Positions 12,515 to 28,712 of a stretch of DNA of 64,000 bases are shown here, one piece after another. The number at the start of each line of letters is the position of its first letter. Position 1 is the first letter of the stretch. The position numbers and the translations under genes were made by a program. Under the pieces are notes generated by a model. It was given only the letters and a program-made list of their open reading frames with translations. It searched no databases and was not told the origin of the DNA. The DNA comes from the human T2T-CHM13v2.0 reference genome, Homo sapiens, in NCBI RefSeq assembly GCF_009914755.1, contig NC_060934.1; one strand, 5' to 3'.

Positions 12515-12680
12515 GCAAGTGAGCTGAGCCTTGGGGGCGGGGCTTGCAGGTGACAGGGTGGAGCCTAGTGGGCGGGGATGCAAGTGAGCTGGGCCTTGGG
12601 GATGGGGCTTGCAGGCGATGGGGTGGAGCCTGGTGGGGCGGGGCTGCAGGTGAGCTGGGCCTTGGGGGCGGGGCTTGCAT
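12515..12680. repeat. Degenerate ~32/65-bp G-rich tandem repeat carrying GC boxes
   Basis: Recurring gcaRgtgagctgRgccttgggggcggggctt / gggtggagcctRgtgg units. Confidence 0.75.
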
Positions 12681-13669
12681 GCGAGAGGTGGGTCCTTGTG
12701 GGGGCAGGGCTGGCAGAAGTGGGTGGGGCTTGGTGATGGACCGCGGTGTTCAGGTGAGGGTAGTGGCCTGGTTGGGGGCTGCCGGAAGCTGGGCCAGGTG
12801 AAACTTGGTAGCCCTCTCTGGCCTTGGTGTGGGCGTTGGTCCTGTTTGTAGGGCTGAGCTGAGCTCCAAAGGCGTTCTGCTGCCCCGCCAGGCCTGAACC
12901 TTGGGGTCTGGGGGCTTCTTGGATGAGATCTCAAGGCTGCATGGCAGGTCCCAGGGCCAGGGCCCCACGGTGTCACACGTATCACGGATGGCCGCCAGCG
13001 AAGCACAGCACAGCTCCGAGCTGCTGCATGGGAGCCTGTGGCCCCCGCTGCTGCCTCCGCTTTCCTCTTCGTTTCGTGTCTAGGAAGATGCACCTGAGCC
13101 CCCTGACATTGCCCAAGTGCCCAAGGGCCCTTCTGGGAACCCCCAGAGAGGCTGAAGGAGGCCCCCGTAGGAGTGGGTGGTTCTGCACTGTGGGCCAGAA
13201 GGGGCCCTGGGATTAGCCACGCTTGGAGAGGGTGGGGTAGCCCTTGGAGGAAGTCCGCACCAAGTCTGACCTTCCGGGTTTCTCAGAGCCTCTCTTCCTT
13301 CCTCCCTTCACCTTCTCCCTCTTTTTTTCCCCTTGTATCACGAATACAAACAGGCTCAAATCTCCCTCTGTCTCCTAATGGGCTCTGAAAAAAAAAATAA
13401 AAAATTAAATGGTAAGTAGATGGCTGCAGTCGGCTTGAACAAGCTAAAACTTTGGAAGCAATGTGGAAGGTAATACTGTGGGAAAAAGTCCCAACGTGTC
13501 TACCCTAAACTCTCCATAGGGCAGCCAGTTCTGGGCTGCAGGTAAACACGTACCTCCTTATTGAAGAGCCCAAAGGAACCAGAACACAGGCAATAATAGG
13601 AGCGACAGACACAAACACGCTCTGCGCATCACCCGTCTTCTAGGGAGAATTTGGGTGTGTGCACACAAA

Positions 13670-14600
<931 letters not shown>

Positions 14601-15081
14601 GGTCATACATATTAATAGGTCATCATAACATCTCTGATCTTGGGGGAGACAGTTGGGTATCATTAACCCTATTGTGAGTGGCCAGGAAAATGAAACACTG
14701 GAAGGTTATAGTGTTTTTATTTCTTTGAAAATAGATGCTGTGTAAGTCTAATAATTAAGGCTTCAGAGTGTGTTCCCATAGCATTCAAATGTCACTGATG
14801 GATAACCTAGATAAACAAATGCCCAAACATTTACAAATAATTATTTCGAATAGCATTCAACCTAATGTTAACACCTACAGGTAGTCTCAGTTTATATTAA
14901 CACAAATGACTCCAACACAGAAATTAAAAATCCGAACTTGTCTATGCAATTTGCTATGTTACAAAAACATATCCTATGTTATAGTGAAATTCATTGTTTT
15001 AGCGAAATTAGAAAGCAATTTAAAAAAAAATCAGAATAGATTGTGACTGGAACTTAGAAGGGCAATCAAGTGAATATTAAG

Positions 15082-15544
15082 TATTAAAGGTTTAATTGTG
15101 TCTACTCAAAAAGATATGTTGGGGTCCTAACCCCCAGTATCTCAGAGTGTGACTTTGTTTGGAGATGGTCTTTACAGAAATAATTAAGCTAAAATGACAT
15201 CATTGGGTGGGCCTAACTCCAGGATGGTTCATGTCCTTATAAAAAGGGAAAATTTGGATGCAGAGACAGACATGCACACACACGGAAAATGCCAGGTGAA
15301 GATAAAGGCAAATATTGGGGGTGAAACCTTTACAAGCCAAGGAATGCTAAGGGTCACCAGCCAATAACCATAACTTCAGGATGCAGCATGGAACAGACTC
15401 AGCCTTCAAGCTCAGAAGAAAGCAATCCTGCGATATCTGGATCCTGGACTTCTAACTTCCACAACGGCGACATAACAAATTTCTTTTTTTCTAATCTACC
15501 CAGTTTGCAGTACTTTGTTACCCTGGCTTTAGCAAACAAATACA
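15082..15544 (+). mobile_element. MLT1 (MLT1B/C-like) MaLR LTR
   Basis: aattgtgtc...cctaacccccagtatctcagagtgtgactttgtttggagat...agcaaacaaataca. Confidence 0.8.
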
Positions 15545-17637
15545 GAGATGTCAAAGCACTTTTACCTCTGAAAGAAAAATATGCAGTGATTTAACCAAAT
15601 ATGGTGTTTTCCAAGGTTACATGTCATGAACATAATACATGCTTTTGGAAACCCTTTATTTCTGAATTCATCATAAATTAAAAGTGATGATTGTCGGAAA
15701 TTAAAAACAAGGGATTAGCTCAGTGCCTCTAAATGTAGGATTATAGAAATGTATGGAATGTCAGCACACTGACTATTAATGGCAAAGCGTAAGGAGAAAG
15801 AGCCTCCTACTTTCTGGAAACCCAGGTGCCAATCCTAGTACCGTTCATTCATTCATTCATTCCTTCATTCTTGTTCACTCCACAAATGATTATAGTGTTA
15901 CCTATTTGCTAGCCACTGAACTTTGCTGCTTATGAGTTTGAATAAAACATTTCATATTTCTGTTGAACTTACAAAGACAGACTCACCTGTCAAAAAAGAT
16001 GAGGCCAGATTTTCTTCAAGTTTACTTTCCACCCTAAAATTCCATAATTTTATCATCTCAGGTCTTACTTGTGACAGCAGCCACAGCATTGACTTCAGCT
16101 TTCAACGTGTTTTCTGTTTAAAATCACCCATTGAGAAATTCAAATTAGTTAGGCTGATTGTGATTTAACTTTTGCTTCTAGGTATGTTCCCTGATTTCCA
16201 CCTTTGAGGGAGATCAGCTCTTTCCTTAAATTTAGTTTAACTTTGGGTGTTTTAAGTTGTTATAGAAAGCCTAAAGTGTTAACTTTCTCTTGGCTCAGAC
16301 CCTTAATAATTTTTTAAAACTTTACAAATGTGTATACACATGTAAGGAAAAAACCCAGGGTTACTTATAACTAAAGAAAAGTCACAGTAATGATGGGATA
16401 TTTATTATTTTATCTATTGGATAAGACTGTTTCATAAAACACAGGCTAGTGAGGTTTGTGAAGTGATGGTAATTATGTATTTTCATCCTCTGGGTAGTAT
16501 AGTATAGTGCTACTGGGTAGCACTATATTTTTCTTGCCTTTTTTTTAAAGCACTTCAGCATTATCTACATAAATTGTAAATGCATGCACTTTTTTACCAG
16601 ACATTTCACTTCATGAAATTTCTCCCACAGTTGCATTCTCACAAGGGCGCAGTGATATAAAAGTATAAATGTTCCCTGCAGCATTTTTTGACTACAAACA
16701 AATATAGAACAACATAAAAGCCTATCAGGAAGAGTTTTCTTAAATAAAATTTAACATATTTATATAATTAAATGCTATGCATATACTAAAATACTCATAT
16801 GTATCATTTTTCATATATCACACACATACTATAAATTGGTAAGCAAAACAGGTAGCAGCAACTCCATTCTACATGCAAGCTGCAGCTCTCACCTGAGTGG
16901 GAAAAAAATCAACTCCCTTTTGAATGGGAAGAATCCATGGGAGTATCTAATTGTGAATTTAGCAAAAACACTTGAATGAAGGACCTTTACAAAAATCTAA
17001 ATAAATGGCAAAACATACTATGTTCATAAATGAGAAATTCAATTTGATAAAGTGGTCAGTCCTTACTAAAAATGCAATATGATTGCAGTAAAGAGCCCAG
17101 AAGAGCAGAAGCATGAAGTGAGCCTGAAATACATACGAAGGAGAAAAGATTCAGGAATGGGCAAGTCAGCTTTGAAGAAGATCCGGGTAGAGGACTTCTT
17201 CTCCCTGCTATTAAGGCAAGCCTTCTTACTAAGTACCTGTTTTTAAAGACTTAGAAAGTCTTACAAAACTGTCTTACATACGACAGTGTGGTATTGGCAC
17301 CAAGAGAGGCAAAGAGGTCAAAAGAAAGAATAGGAACAGTCAGCAGTAGACACGCTCCCATGTAGGGGAGACACTTGTATGGAGAGGTGCAAGGTATGAC
17401 TGAGGCAGGTCACTGGAGAACAGGTTCAATCAATGCCGTAACGCATATGGGAGGAAATGAAACTGCTGCTTCAGTTCCCCCCACCTACCTTAAGGCCATA
17501 GTGACACTATCTTCTATTTCTTCTAAGGGTTTGCAAGTTTTACTTCTCTTACCCATGCTTTTAATATACATGGTGTGAACTTTATTTCTGCTTTCTGTAA
17601 TAGAAAAAGTCATGAAGTTTAAAATGACCTCAGAATA

Positions 17638-18006
<369 letters not shown>

Positions 18007-18775
18007 TTAAGCAGAGAAAAAAACCTCTGCCTGCCTTAATATGTTTGTCATCCTTAACACTGATTAATCACATGCTATCCTTAATGTGTGTTTTATCCTT
18101 AACATGTGTTACTCTAAACATGTGTTAATCACATGGCATCCTTAACATGTATTTGCTAACACTGAAAATACTTTAACAGGAGGCAATATCTTGTGTTCCA
18201 AATTGATCAAAATGCTTAAAATGCAAAGACCCACTTACTTAAATTCACACTAAGAGTGAATAATGTTCTAAGGGAAATTATTGTAAGGAAAGAGCTGGCA
18301 AGTATCTGAGGACCTCAGAAAAGAGCATCATCACCAATGGAAATGATTAAATGGGGAGAGAAAAACAAATGTTGGGAACTTCCAAAGACAAAATGTATTT
18401 TCTCCAACTGTTTATTTTCTAAGGCTAGCCATTGGGCAAATTCCAATTGTTTAGTACGTTTAGACTTTTTAACAGTAACCGAAGGTGCCACCGTTTTCAC
18501 TGTAAATGACTTGACAGCTTGGGGAAGGACACGCCAGCCCACTCTGCTACAACACAGAACAATTGTAGTTAAGGCTCTGTGTTTGCCCTGTTATCTGTTT
18601 TGTGGTCATGGATTGCATTCTTTATGAGACAAGCCATTTTGTAATAGTTGTGATGCTTTAAAATACTTTTATCATTGGTTTCATGGGTGAGAGTGCAGGT
18701 GGGTTTGTAATCGTCACTCTTTGTTTGAAAAAATATTAAGCTCCCAGGATAGGCTATATAGTTTGCTGCTGCTAA

Positions 18776-19139
<364 letters not shown>

Positions 19140-19407
19140 AGGGATAAATGTTTTGGGACGAGAACTTCAGGTGGAAATTAAAGACATTATCCCTACCTTT
19201 ATGGAACTGTTGGTCTAGCAGAGATTACAGAAAAATAAATGAAAAATCACTGTGCAGTCTACCACATTCTGTAACAGATAAACACACAGTATGCTGTGGG
19301 AGGGCAGGGGTGAAGATCTTATCACAAAATTGTGGTTCAGGAGAAGACTTCTTGGAGAAGGTCAGATGAGGCTTTCCAAAAATTATGAGTTCCCAACAGT
19401 TTAATTT

Positions 19408-20062
19408 GTGTGTAGGAGTTCCTTATTGCGGCTGTAACAAGTTGCTACAAACCCAGTAGCTTAAAGCAACACAAATCAACTAATTAATTAAGTAGAGACA
19501 GACTATAGCTATGTTGCTCAGGCTGGCCTGAAACTCCTGATCACAAGTGCTCCTTCTGCCTCTGCCTCCTAAAGCACTGGGACTATAGGGGTGAGCCACT
19601 GTGCCTGGCCTCAGATTTATTAACTTGCTGTTGTGGAGGTCAGATGTTCGATACTGATCTCACTGTGCTAAAATCAAGGTGTGGGCCGCGTTGCATTCCC
19701 TTCCGGAAGCTCTGCTGGAGAATCTGCTTCTTGCCTTTTCCCGCCTTTGGAGCATGCTCACACTCCTTGGCTGGGGGCCCTCCCTCCATCTTTGAAGCTG
19801 GCAGTGGCTGGCCCAATTTCCCTGATGCCAGTCTCTGGTTCTGGTGCCTCTGCCTTGCTCTCCTCCTCTCTGTTTAAGGACCCCCTGTAGTTACCTCGGG
19901 CCCACCCCAATAATCCAGGATAATTTTATTTTAAGGTAATCTGATTAGCAACTTTAATGCCATCTGCAATCTTAATTCCTCCTTCCACCTCTCATAGCAT
20001 ATTCACAAATTCTGGAGATTAGAATATGTACATATTTGGGGGCCATTATTCTGCATACCACA
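19408..20062 (-). mobile_element. MLT1 LTR with nested Alu monomer (~19490-19611)
   Basis: gctgtaacaagttgctacaaacccagtagcttaaagcaacac...ggggccattattctgcataccaca. Confidence 0.75.
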
Positions 20063-20081
20063 ATGTTTACATAAAATCTCC

Positions 20082-20332
20082 TGGCCAAGTACAGTGGCTC
20101 ACACCTGTAATCCCAGCACTTTGAAAGGCTGAGACAGGTGTATCACTTGAGATCAGGAAATTTTTTCACCAGCCTGGCCAACATGGCGGAACTCCGACTT
20201 TATTAAAAAATAAAAAAAATTAGCCAGGCATGATGATGCATGCCTGTAGTCCCAGCTACTCAGGAGGCTGAGGCAGGAGACTCAATTGACTCTGTCTCCA
20301 AAAAAAAATAAATAAATAAATAAAATAAATAA
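20082..20332 (+). mobile_element. Alu with internal deletion
   Basis: Alu consensus; right-arm segment missing; (TAAA)n tail. Confidence 0.85.
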
Positions 20333-21361
20333 AATCTCCATTCTGTATTGTAAAATAGAAGAACTTTTAAAAATAAAATATTTAGTTGCTTATAAAACAA
20401 AATGTTTTACCAACCTGTTAATATTTTAAAATAAAATTATCAGATTTATATTCCTAAAAAGAAGTAGTCTATTGACATAAGCCCCTTTTTTCCTACATTT
20501 TTTCTTCAGCTTCTTTTTTCAGTTTCATTAATGGTCAAATCATTATTGTACAGATTAAATGTGAAGGCTTTATTGTAAATTGTTGGTATTTTCAGCAAAG
20601 CATTCTACAATATTCTAGCTCATTTGTATGAATGAGAAATTTTGATATGCCTGAAATAGAATGATAGAAAATGCATATTATAATCTAATTTTCAGGCATC
20701 ACTTTTTGGAGCTTTGAGAGAAATTCCTGTCAGTTATAGAAAGAATGAATGGGTCCGTATCAGGGGATGGAGGAAGGAAAAGGGTGCCCATGAGAACATT
20801 TATGCACCATTTTTGTGCGGTATTGTTTGTGGCAGTGAAATAAATGTTCCTTCCTGAAATGTCTTTTCAGCGGAAGCAAGCCAGAGGTAATGTCACATTT
20901 GTAAAATAGAAAGCTCAGTGGGAGAAACACTGCTTTTCCACTCCTCAGTTCATCTTTTCTGATTCAGACAATATCATCACCAAAAGTTGGTTTATTGTAA
21001 CACACCTCCCGACATTCTAATCGTGAAAATTACTGTTCCTTGATAATGAGACCCCCTTCTTGGGGAACAGTGAGGATCTTTTGGGTATGAGACAAACAAA
21101 CTTGTGCCAAAGGATGGGTCCCGGTGGGTAAGAATCCAGGTTTATTATGTGCCACAGGCTGTCTGAAGTGGGAAGAGGAAGGAGGTCCTATTTTTTTTTT
21201 TTTTTTTGAGACACAGAGGGGAAAAGGCCAGTTACACAACAAGGAGAGAGGACTCAGAGGGAACCAACCCTGCTGACACCTTCATCTCAAACTTCTAGCC
21301 TCCAAAATTACAAGACAATTTGTTTCTGTTGTTTAAGCTGCCCAGTTTATGGTATTTGTAT

Positions 21362-21645
21362 TCACTTGAGGCCAGAAGTTTAAGACCAGCTTGGATAACT
21401 TAGGGAGACTCTGTCTCTACAAAAATTGAAAAAAAAAAAAAATAGCCAAGCATGATGGCGCGTGCCTGTAGCGCTAGCTACTTGGGAGGCTGAGGTTGGA
21501 GGATCACTTGAGCCCAGGAGTTGGAGGCTGCAGTGAGCTATGATTGCCCATTGTACTCTAGCCTGGGTGACACAGAGACCCTGTCTCTACAAAAAATAAA
21601 AATAAATAAAAATAAAAAACAATAAATAAATACATAAATAAAATA
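21362..21645 (+). mobile_element. 5'-truncated AluJ following an MLT fragment (~21240-21360)
   Basis: Alu consensus with A-rich tail. Confidence 0.8.
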
Positions 21646-21899
21646 ATCATCTTTAAAAAAGTATCATACTATGATTTTCTAAGCCCTAAGAGTGTATATC
21701 CCACTCCTGGCACCATTTCTAGTGTGTAGAGAGCATTTTGTGTTGTCTTTTTTGTTGACTGTTCTTGCCAGTCCCTGAAAATGTCACCGGGAGCTGGAGT
21801 CAGTTCATCGGTTCCCCAACTCTACACGCTTTGCTTTGCAGAAAAGATAATTACGTTTCTCTCCTCAATCTTAATCTCTTTCTTCTTCTTTTTCTTCAT

Positions 21900-22571
21900 C
21901 ATTGAAAAGATCACCAGGAGGACTGAAGAGTGGGAAGGAGAACTGTATTGCGATTCCATTTTGCAAATTGGGAAGAGACAGTTTCTGGTGTGCGCTGTGG
22001 GTGCCCTCTCTTGGAAGAGGGGAAGAGAAGGTTGGGTTTTCTGCCTCACAGGGTCCGCATCATACAATAGAGTCCTGCATACTCAGCAGGTGTCGGGAGA
22101 AAGCTATACATATTAATGAGGGGGTTGAGCACACGTGCAATGGATACCATATATGTAACATACCTCTCATGTTCACGTTGGAGTGGGTTTTAGCATTAAA
22201 ATGAGGTGGCATGTGGCTCTCTACTTCAAAAGGTGAACTACACAAAGACAGTTTTTGCACAGCCTCTATGAGTTGCTGAAACTGGCTTAAGGTCTGCAGT
22301 TGCTTATCAGAAAAAGGTGTTTGTAAGGCCAGCCCTCTGCCCAGTCAGAGTTGTTGTGGTCTGGCTTTTAAATCAGAATTAGGAGGGCTCTCATAACTCC
22401 TATTCTTAGGAAGTTTAGCAAGAGTGTGTTTTTCTTGCAGCCTTAGGAATTTAGGAAGTTGTCATGCCAGTCAAGTCCTGAACCCTAGACTTATAGGTAA
22501 ATTTCATTTCCTTAACCTTAGAGTCCATCTTAGTTAATAAAGGGATACCTATTTTGGTCTCTCAGATGACA
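21900..22571 (-). mobile_element. ERV1 (MER4-group) solo LTR, subfamily uncertain
   Basis: Minus strand starts tgtcatctgagagaccaaaataggtatccctttattaactaagatggactctaaggttaaggaaa, typical of ERV1 LTR 5' ends. Confidence 0.6.
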
Positions 22572-23556
22572 TTTTCTTTCCCCTCTTCTCCTCCTCCTCC
22601 TTGTCCTCCTTCTCCACCTCCTTCTTCCCCCTCCTCCTCTCCCCCCGCTCCTCTATTGCATCCTTCAAGACAGAAAAGAAGCTATCAGATGCTCTGCATC
22701 CTCCTGCCTAAAAGCCTTCAATTGGTCTTAATTCCTACAGGATTTCCTCATCTGACTCTACTGCTTTTTGTATGATATGTGTAAAATATGATTTCTACCA
22801 GATTGCTTAGGATTATCCTTTGAATCGAAAAGAAGTGGTCGTATTGAACTAGTTTTGTCGTCAGAAAGATTTGGGTTTGGATCTCAGTTTCAGCACTTTT
22901 GGGCTATTTGACTTTCAGCACTTTACCTAAATTCTTTAAATTTTAGTTTCCTGTAACATAGGAGTAATATTTCTTATCTCATAGAATATATAAAGTATTT
23001 AGTGTAGTATCTTTGACATTAATAGAAACTGAAAAAAATGGTACTTTAAAAGCTTTAAAGCTGATATTACCAATTACTACCGTCATAATAATAATAGTTA
23101 TTCTAACAATCGCCTTACTGCAAACAGATTTCTTAAAGGGTTCTTAAAGATTTCTTTACTATCCCTTATTTGAGCAACGCCACTTTAAAGTACATATGAA
23201 CACACATTTATTTAGCCTACTTATAATCTGTTGTTTCTTCACAGTATTAATAAACACTAAAAACATTTATTCTCTTAGAAATACTTAAATTTGAAATGAA
23301 TGGGGATAGTTTCAATTAACCCAAAGGAAGAGATAGCTATAGACTTCTCAGGACCCTTAAATCGCGTTATAGGAAATTACTATCTCGTTTGTAAAATGAA
23401 ATGGGGGATAATAATCATAGTGCTCATGACACAGGACGTTGCTAACAGTGAAGGCAGTAATGCATTGGAAGTGCTCCTCCCCGTGCCCTACAGGCAGCTT
23501 TTGCAACAATAAAGAGAGGAGAGCTGCCCATGGGCTATCGCATTCCTCCTCACTGA

Positions 23557-23900
<344 letters not shown>

Positions 23901-24339
23901 CAGATGCAGTTCACCTTTATCAGCACTTCTGAATTCTTTGCTGCCACTTTAGTTATGATGGTAACATAAACTGCCACTTTAGTTATGATGATACCATAGA
24001 AAGTTGTATTTAGAAAAGTATCCTGCTTCAACGAACATTTTTCCACTACATATTTATTCCACTACATATTTAAGAATAAATATATAGTCAGTATAATGAT
24101 CTCATCATGCTTGTTCTTGTGCGTCTATTTATTAATTTGTATCAGAGAAACTAACTGTTGAATTAATATATATCATTTCGATTTTCTTCTTTTTCAGCAT
24201 AAATTATACATAAACTATTTAAACACAGATTCTGGTTTTTAGAAGGCATTTTGAATATTCAGGTTCTTAGAGTACTATGAAGAGGAACATTAAACCTGAT
24301 ACTTAGAGAAAACATACATCTCATCCATGAACCTAGTTG

Positions 24340-25423
<1,084 letters not shown>

Positions 25424-26252
25424 GTTGGGCTGTCTTGGCAGTCAGTATAATTGACTTGGACCAACTAATTGGTGATCTGATTAATTGCCTCATCATCTTC
25501 TAAATGAATCCCAGCAAAGTCCATTCATTGCATCGGAAAGATTTAGCTTCCAAATCAATGTGTAGGGGATTTGTTGACAAACTCACTTCATTGGAAAACC
25601 TGGCTAGGATTCAACTGCTTGTTCCAAATCATTCATATGTGAAATGAAATTGAGTTTTAGAATTTCGATTTATTTTCATTCACAAGACTTGCTCTCTAGT
25701 GTCATGAAGTAGAAATGTGTCACCTTCACGGAAGTGAATAACGATCACGCTCCTGCAGATACGGTCATGCTTTTGTTGTGGCGGAGCAGTGTCTCAGATC
25801 TCTGCTACTCAACATGCTCCCAGAACAGTTTGTTTCTGATCTACCATGAGGTGAGGTTGAAACCTGGGAGCTGAGAAGAGGTTAAAGTTCTGAAACTAAG
25901 AGTTTAGAAGTTCAGAAATTGAGGAAATTTGAGTGTAGAAACTGAATTTAGAAAGTGTAGCAACTTTTACTACATTTTAGCAAAAATGTTATTTATTTAC
26001 ATTTAAGATAAAATGTGGAGTTCTTATTTAATATTTGTTGTATTTTCTTTTCCTAGTAATTAATTTATATTGTATTTTAGAAAAGTATCAGTCCACCAGG
26101 ATTGGAGATTTAAAACAAAACAAAGCTGTTTCTTCCTCACAAATAGTGTGGGAAGTACTGATTTAGAGGAAGGCTTTCAGCACAGTGAGAGACTTTTGTG
26201 GGGGTCCCTCAGCCACCTGGAAATGACTCTCATCCAGGAAGTTATTTTCTTT

Positions 26253-26673
26253 TCTTTTTTTTTTAAATTATACTTTAAGTTCTAGGGTACATGTGCACAA
26301 CGTGCAGGTTTGTTACATATGTATACATGTGCCATGCTGGTGTGCTGCACCCATTAACTCATCATTTACATTAGGTATATCTCCTAATGCTATCCCTCCC
26401 CCTACACCCCACCCCACGACAGGCCCCAGTGTGTGATGTTCCCCACTCTGTGTCCCCACTGTGTTCTCAGTGTTCAATTCCCACCTATGAGTGAGAACAT
26501 GTGGTGTTTAGTTTTCTGTCCTTGCAATAGTTTGCTCAGAATGATGGTTTCCAGCTTCATCCATGTCCCTACAAAGGACAGGAACTCATCCTTTTTTATG
26601 GCTGCATAGTATTCCATGGTGTATATGTGCCACATTTTCTTAATCCAGTCTATCACTGATGGACGTTTGGGTT
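26253..26673 (-). mobile_element. 5'-truncated L1PA (ORF2 C-terminus plus 3'UTR)
   Basis: Encodes DWIKKMWHIYTMEYYAAIKKDEF...FSLIGGN (ORF2p C-terminus); 12-bp TSD gttattttcttt. Confidence 0.95.
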
Positions 26674-27454
26674 GTTATTTTCTTTCCACTGAAAGACAGG
26701 GGCTACAGATCCCCTTTCTATATCACGTGAGCCGAGAGGCACAGCTTGGAGCAGAAAAATGCAAAGACCCAGATGAGGGTGGGTTGAGCAGAGGCAGGGA
26801 TTTTAGTCTAGAAGGCAACCATAGCCAGTGTTTTACAGCTGCTGACAAAATATAGCAAAGAGATGTGGAAGTTGAGTTGTTAAAGAATCATGTTCAGCAG
26901 GTAAATACTGGCCTGGAGTAGGGACAGGAGAGGGAAAGTGCTGATGTTTCTCATTTGCAAATCCCCTTGGTGTAAATACTCCCACTGTGGATGGATCCGG
27001 GGACTAGTGTGAGGTCCTGCAAAGCAGAGATGCTAATAACTGGCTTTGGATCCACTGTAAGCCAGCATAGCACACCTCCGGGTCGTGGTAAATGTTCAGA
27101 GAGACTGCAGACAGAGAGACAAATGCAAGGACCTAACTGTGTCCATGCAGAAGAGTGGGGCACAGAGAGAAGGACTTAGGCGAGCCAGAATGAGGGCAAA
27201 GGAATGTTGAGAAGACTGGGCAAAGTCTAGGATGTTTCTCCAGCCTTCTCCCAGAATCATCTTGAAGAAACGCTCAGCAGTACCTCCAAGATGTAAAGCT
27301 GGAAGATAATTCCAGTAATACATGTTTGTGGTGTTTTGTGCACGAGTGGTCCTGTACAAGTCATCCTGCTACATTGTATATGCTTCTTTCTTGAAGTTAT
27401 TTTCAGTTAAGTGCTTAAATGATAAAAGGTCAATAAAGAATAATGATTCTTTGC

Positions 27455-28712
27455 TGAGTTAGGGCATCTCTAAGACTACCTGCAGGTTGAATAATGCACT
27501 AGAAGGACCCATAGAACTCAGCAGAAGCATTTATTACAGTGAAAGGGTGCAGAGTAAAATCAGTCAAGTGGAGAGGTTCTGAAGGCAGAGCCCTGGAGAG
27601 ATCCACAGAGCTGCCACCTCCTCTCCTGGTGGAATCGTGGCTGAGCCTGCTGCTCCCAGAAACAATGTGTGGCAGCTCACATGGAGCACAGGCAGCTGGG
27701 ATGCTCCGCAAGCCTGCGTCCGGAGGCTTCCCTTGGACCTGGTCACAGAGACATAGTTGACTGCACTGGGCTGACCTGTAGGCCCCAGCTGCCTTAGTCT
27801 GTTTGTGCTGCTATCACAAAATACCTCGGACTGTTTATAAAAAACAGAAATGTATTTCTCAAGTTCTTGGGGCTGGGAAGTCCAAGATCAAGGAGCCTGC
27901 AGGTTTAGGGGCTGGAGAGGGCCGAGCTCCACTTCCGGTTGGTGCCTTGTGGCTGCGTCCTCCGGAGTGGGGGACGAATGCTGTATCCTCATAGGATGGA
28001 AGGTAAAGAAGGGCAAGAGTGTGCTGGCTTCAACCTCCAGCCCTTTCATAAGGCACTGATTCCGTTCACAAGAGTGGGGCCTTCATGACCTAACGAGCTC
28101 CCCAAGGCCACACCTTTTAATACTGCTGCACTGGGGAGTAAGTTTCAACATGAGTTTTTGGGGGGACATCAGCATGCAGACCATAGCACCAGTCCTTCAT
28201 GAAGTCATGCCAATATGCACCATCCAAAGCCCCCACCATGAATCACGCTGTTAGGCTCTGCGTGTGGCCCAAGGCCCTAGCTCGACAAAAACACTCTTAT
28301 TAGACAAGACATGCCTGCGGCTTAGACGTGACCTCCCAGGAGCTGAGGGCAAAGGCCAGAGTGCTCCTTGGGTAAGGTTAGTTTTTTCTTTTTTCTTTTT
28401 CTCCTGACAGGGCCTCTCTCTGTTGCCCTGGCTGGAGTGCAGTGGTGTGATTATACCTCACTGCAGCCTCCATGTCCCAGGCTCAAGTGATTCCCCCCAG
28501 AGGAGCTGGGACCACAGGTGTGCACCACAGGTGTGCACCACCATGCCCAGATATTTTTTGTAGAGATGGGGTCTTGCTAAGCTACCCAGGCTGCTCTCAA
28601 GCTCCTGGGCTCAATCCTCCCACCTCGGCCTCCATAGAACTCCATAGAACAAAGTGTCAGGATTACAGGCATCAGCTACTGTGCCCAACCAAAGGTTAGT
28701 TCTTTACTACAC
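27455..28712 (-). mobile_element. MER21-like LTR with nested MST/MLT1A LTR (27790-28188) and AluJ (28382-28691)
   Basis: MaLR TSD ccagc/ccagt; Alu TSD aaggttagtt; host LTR resumes after each insert and ends ctttactacaca. Confidence 0.7.

Larger units (their letters stand above)
11300..12800 (-). promoter_or_regulatory. PITRM1: PITRM1 CpG-island promoter with GC boxes and CCAAT box
   Basis: High GC and CpG density around exon 1; GGGGCGGGGC at 12034-12043, 12177-12186 and 12237-12246; minus-strand TGACCAATAG (CCAAT at 12071-12067); partial NRF1-like TGCGCATG at 11978-11985; no TATA box seen. Confidence 0.9.

Noticed and set aside
12065-13093. 342-aa Pro-rich minus-strand ORF and other long ORFs around the promoter
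   Set aside because: Product of GC-rich, stop-poor, repetitive promoter DNA; no recognisable domain.
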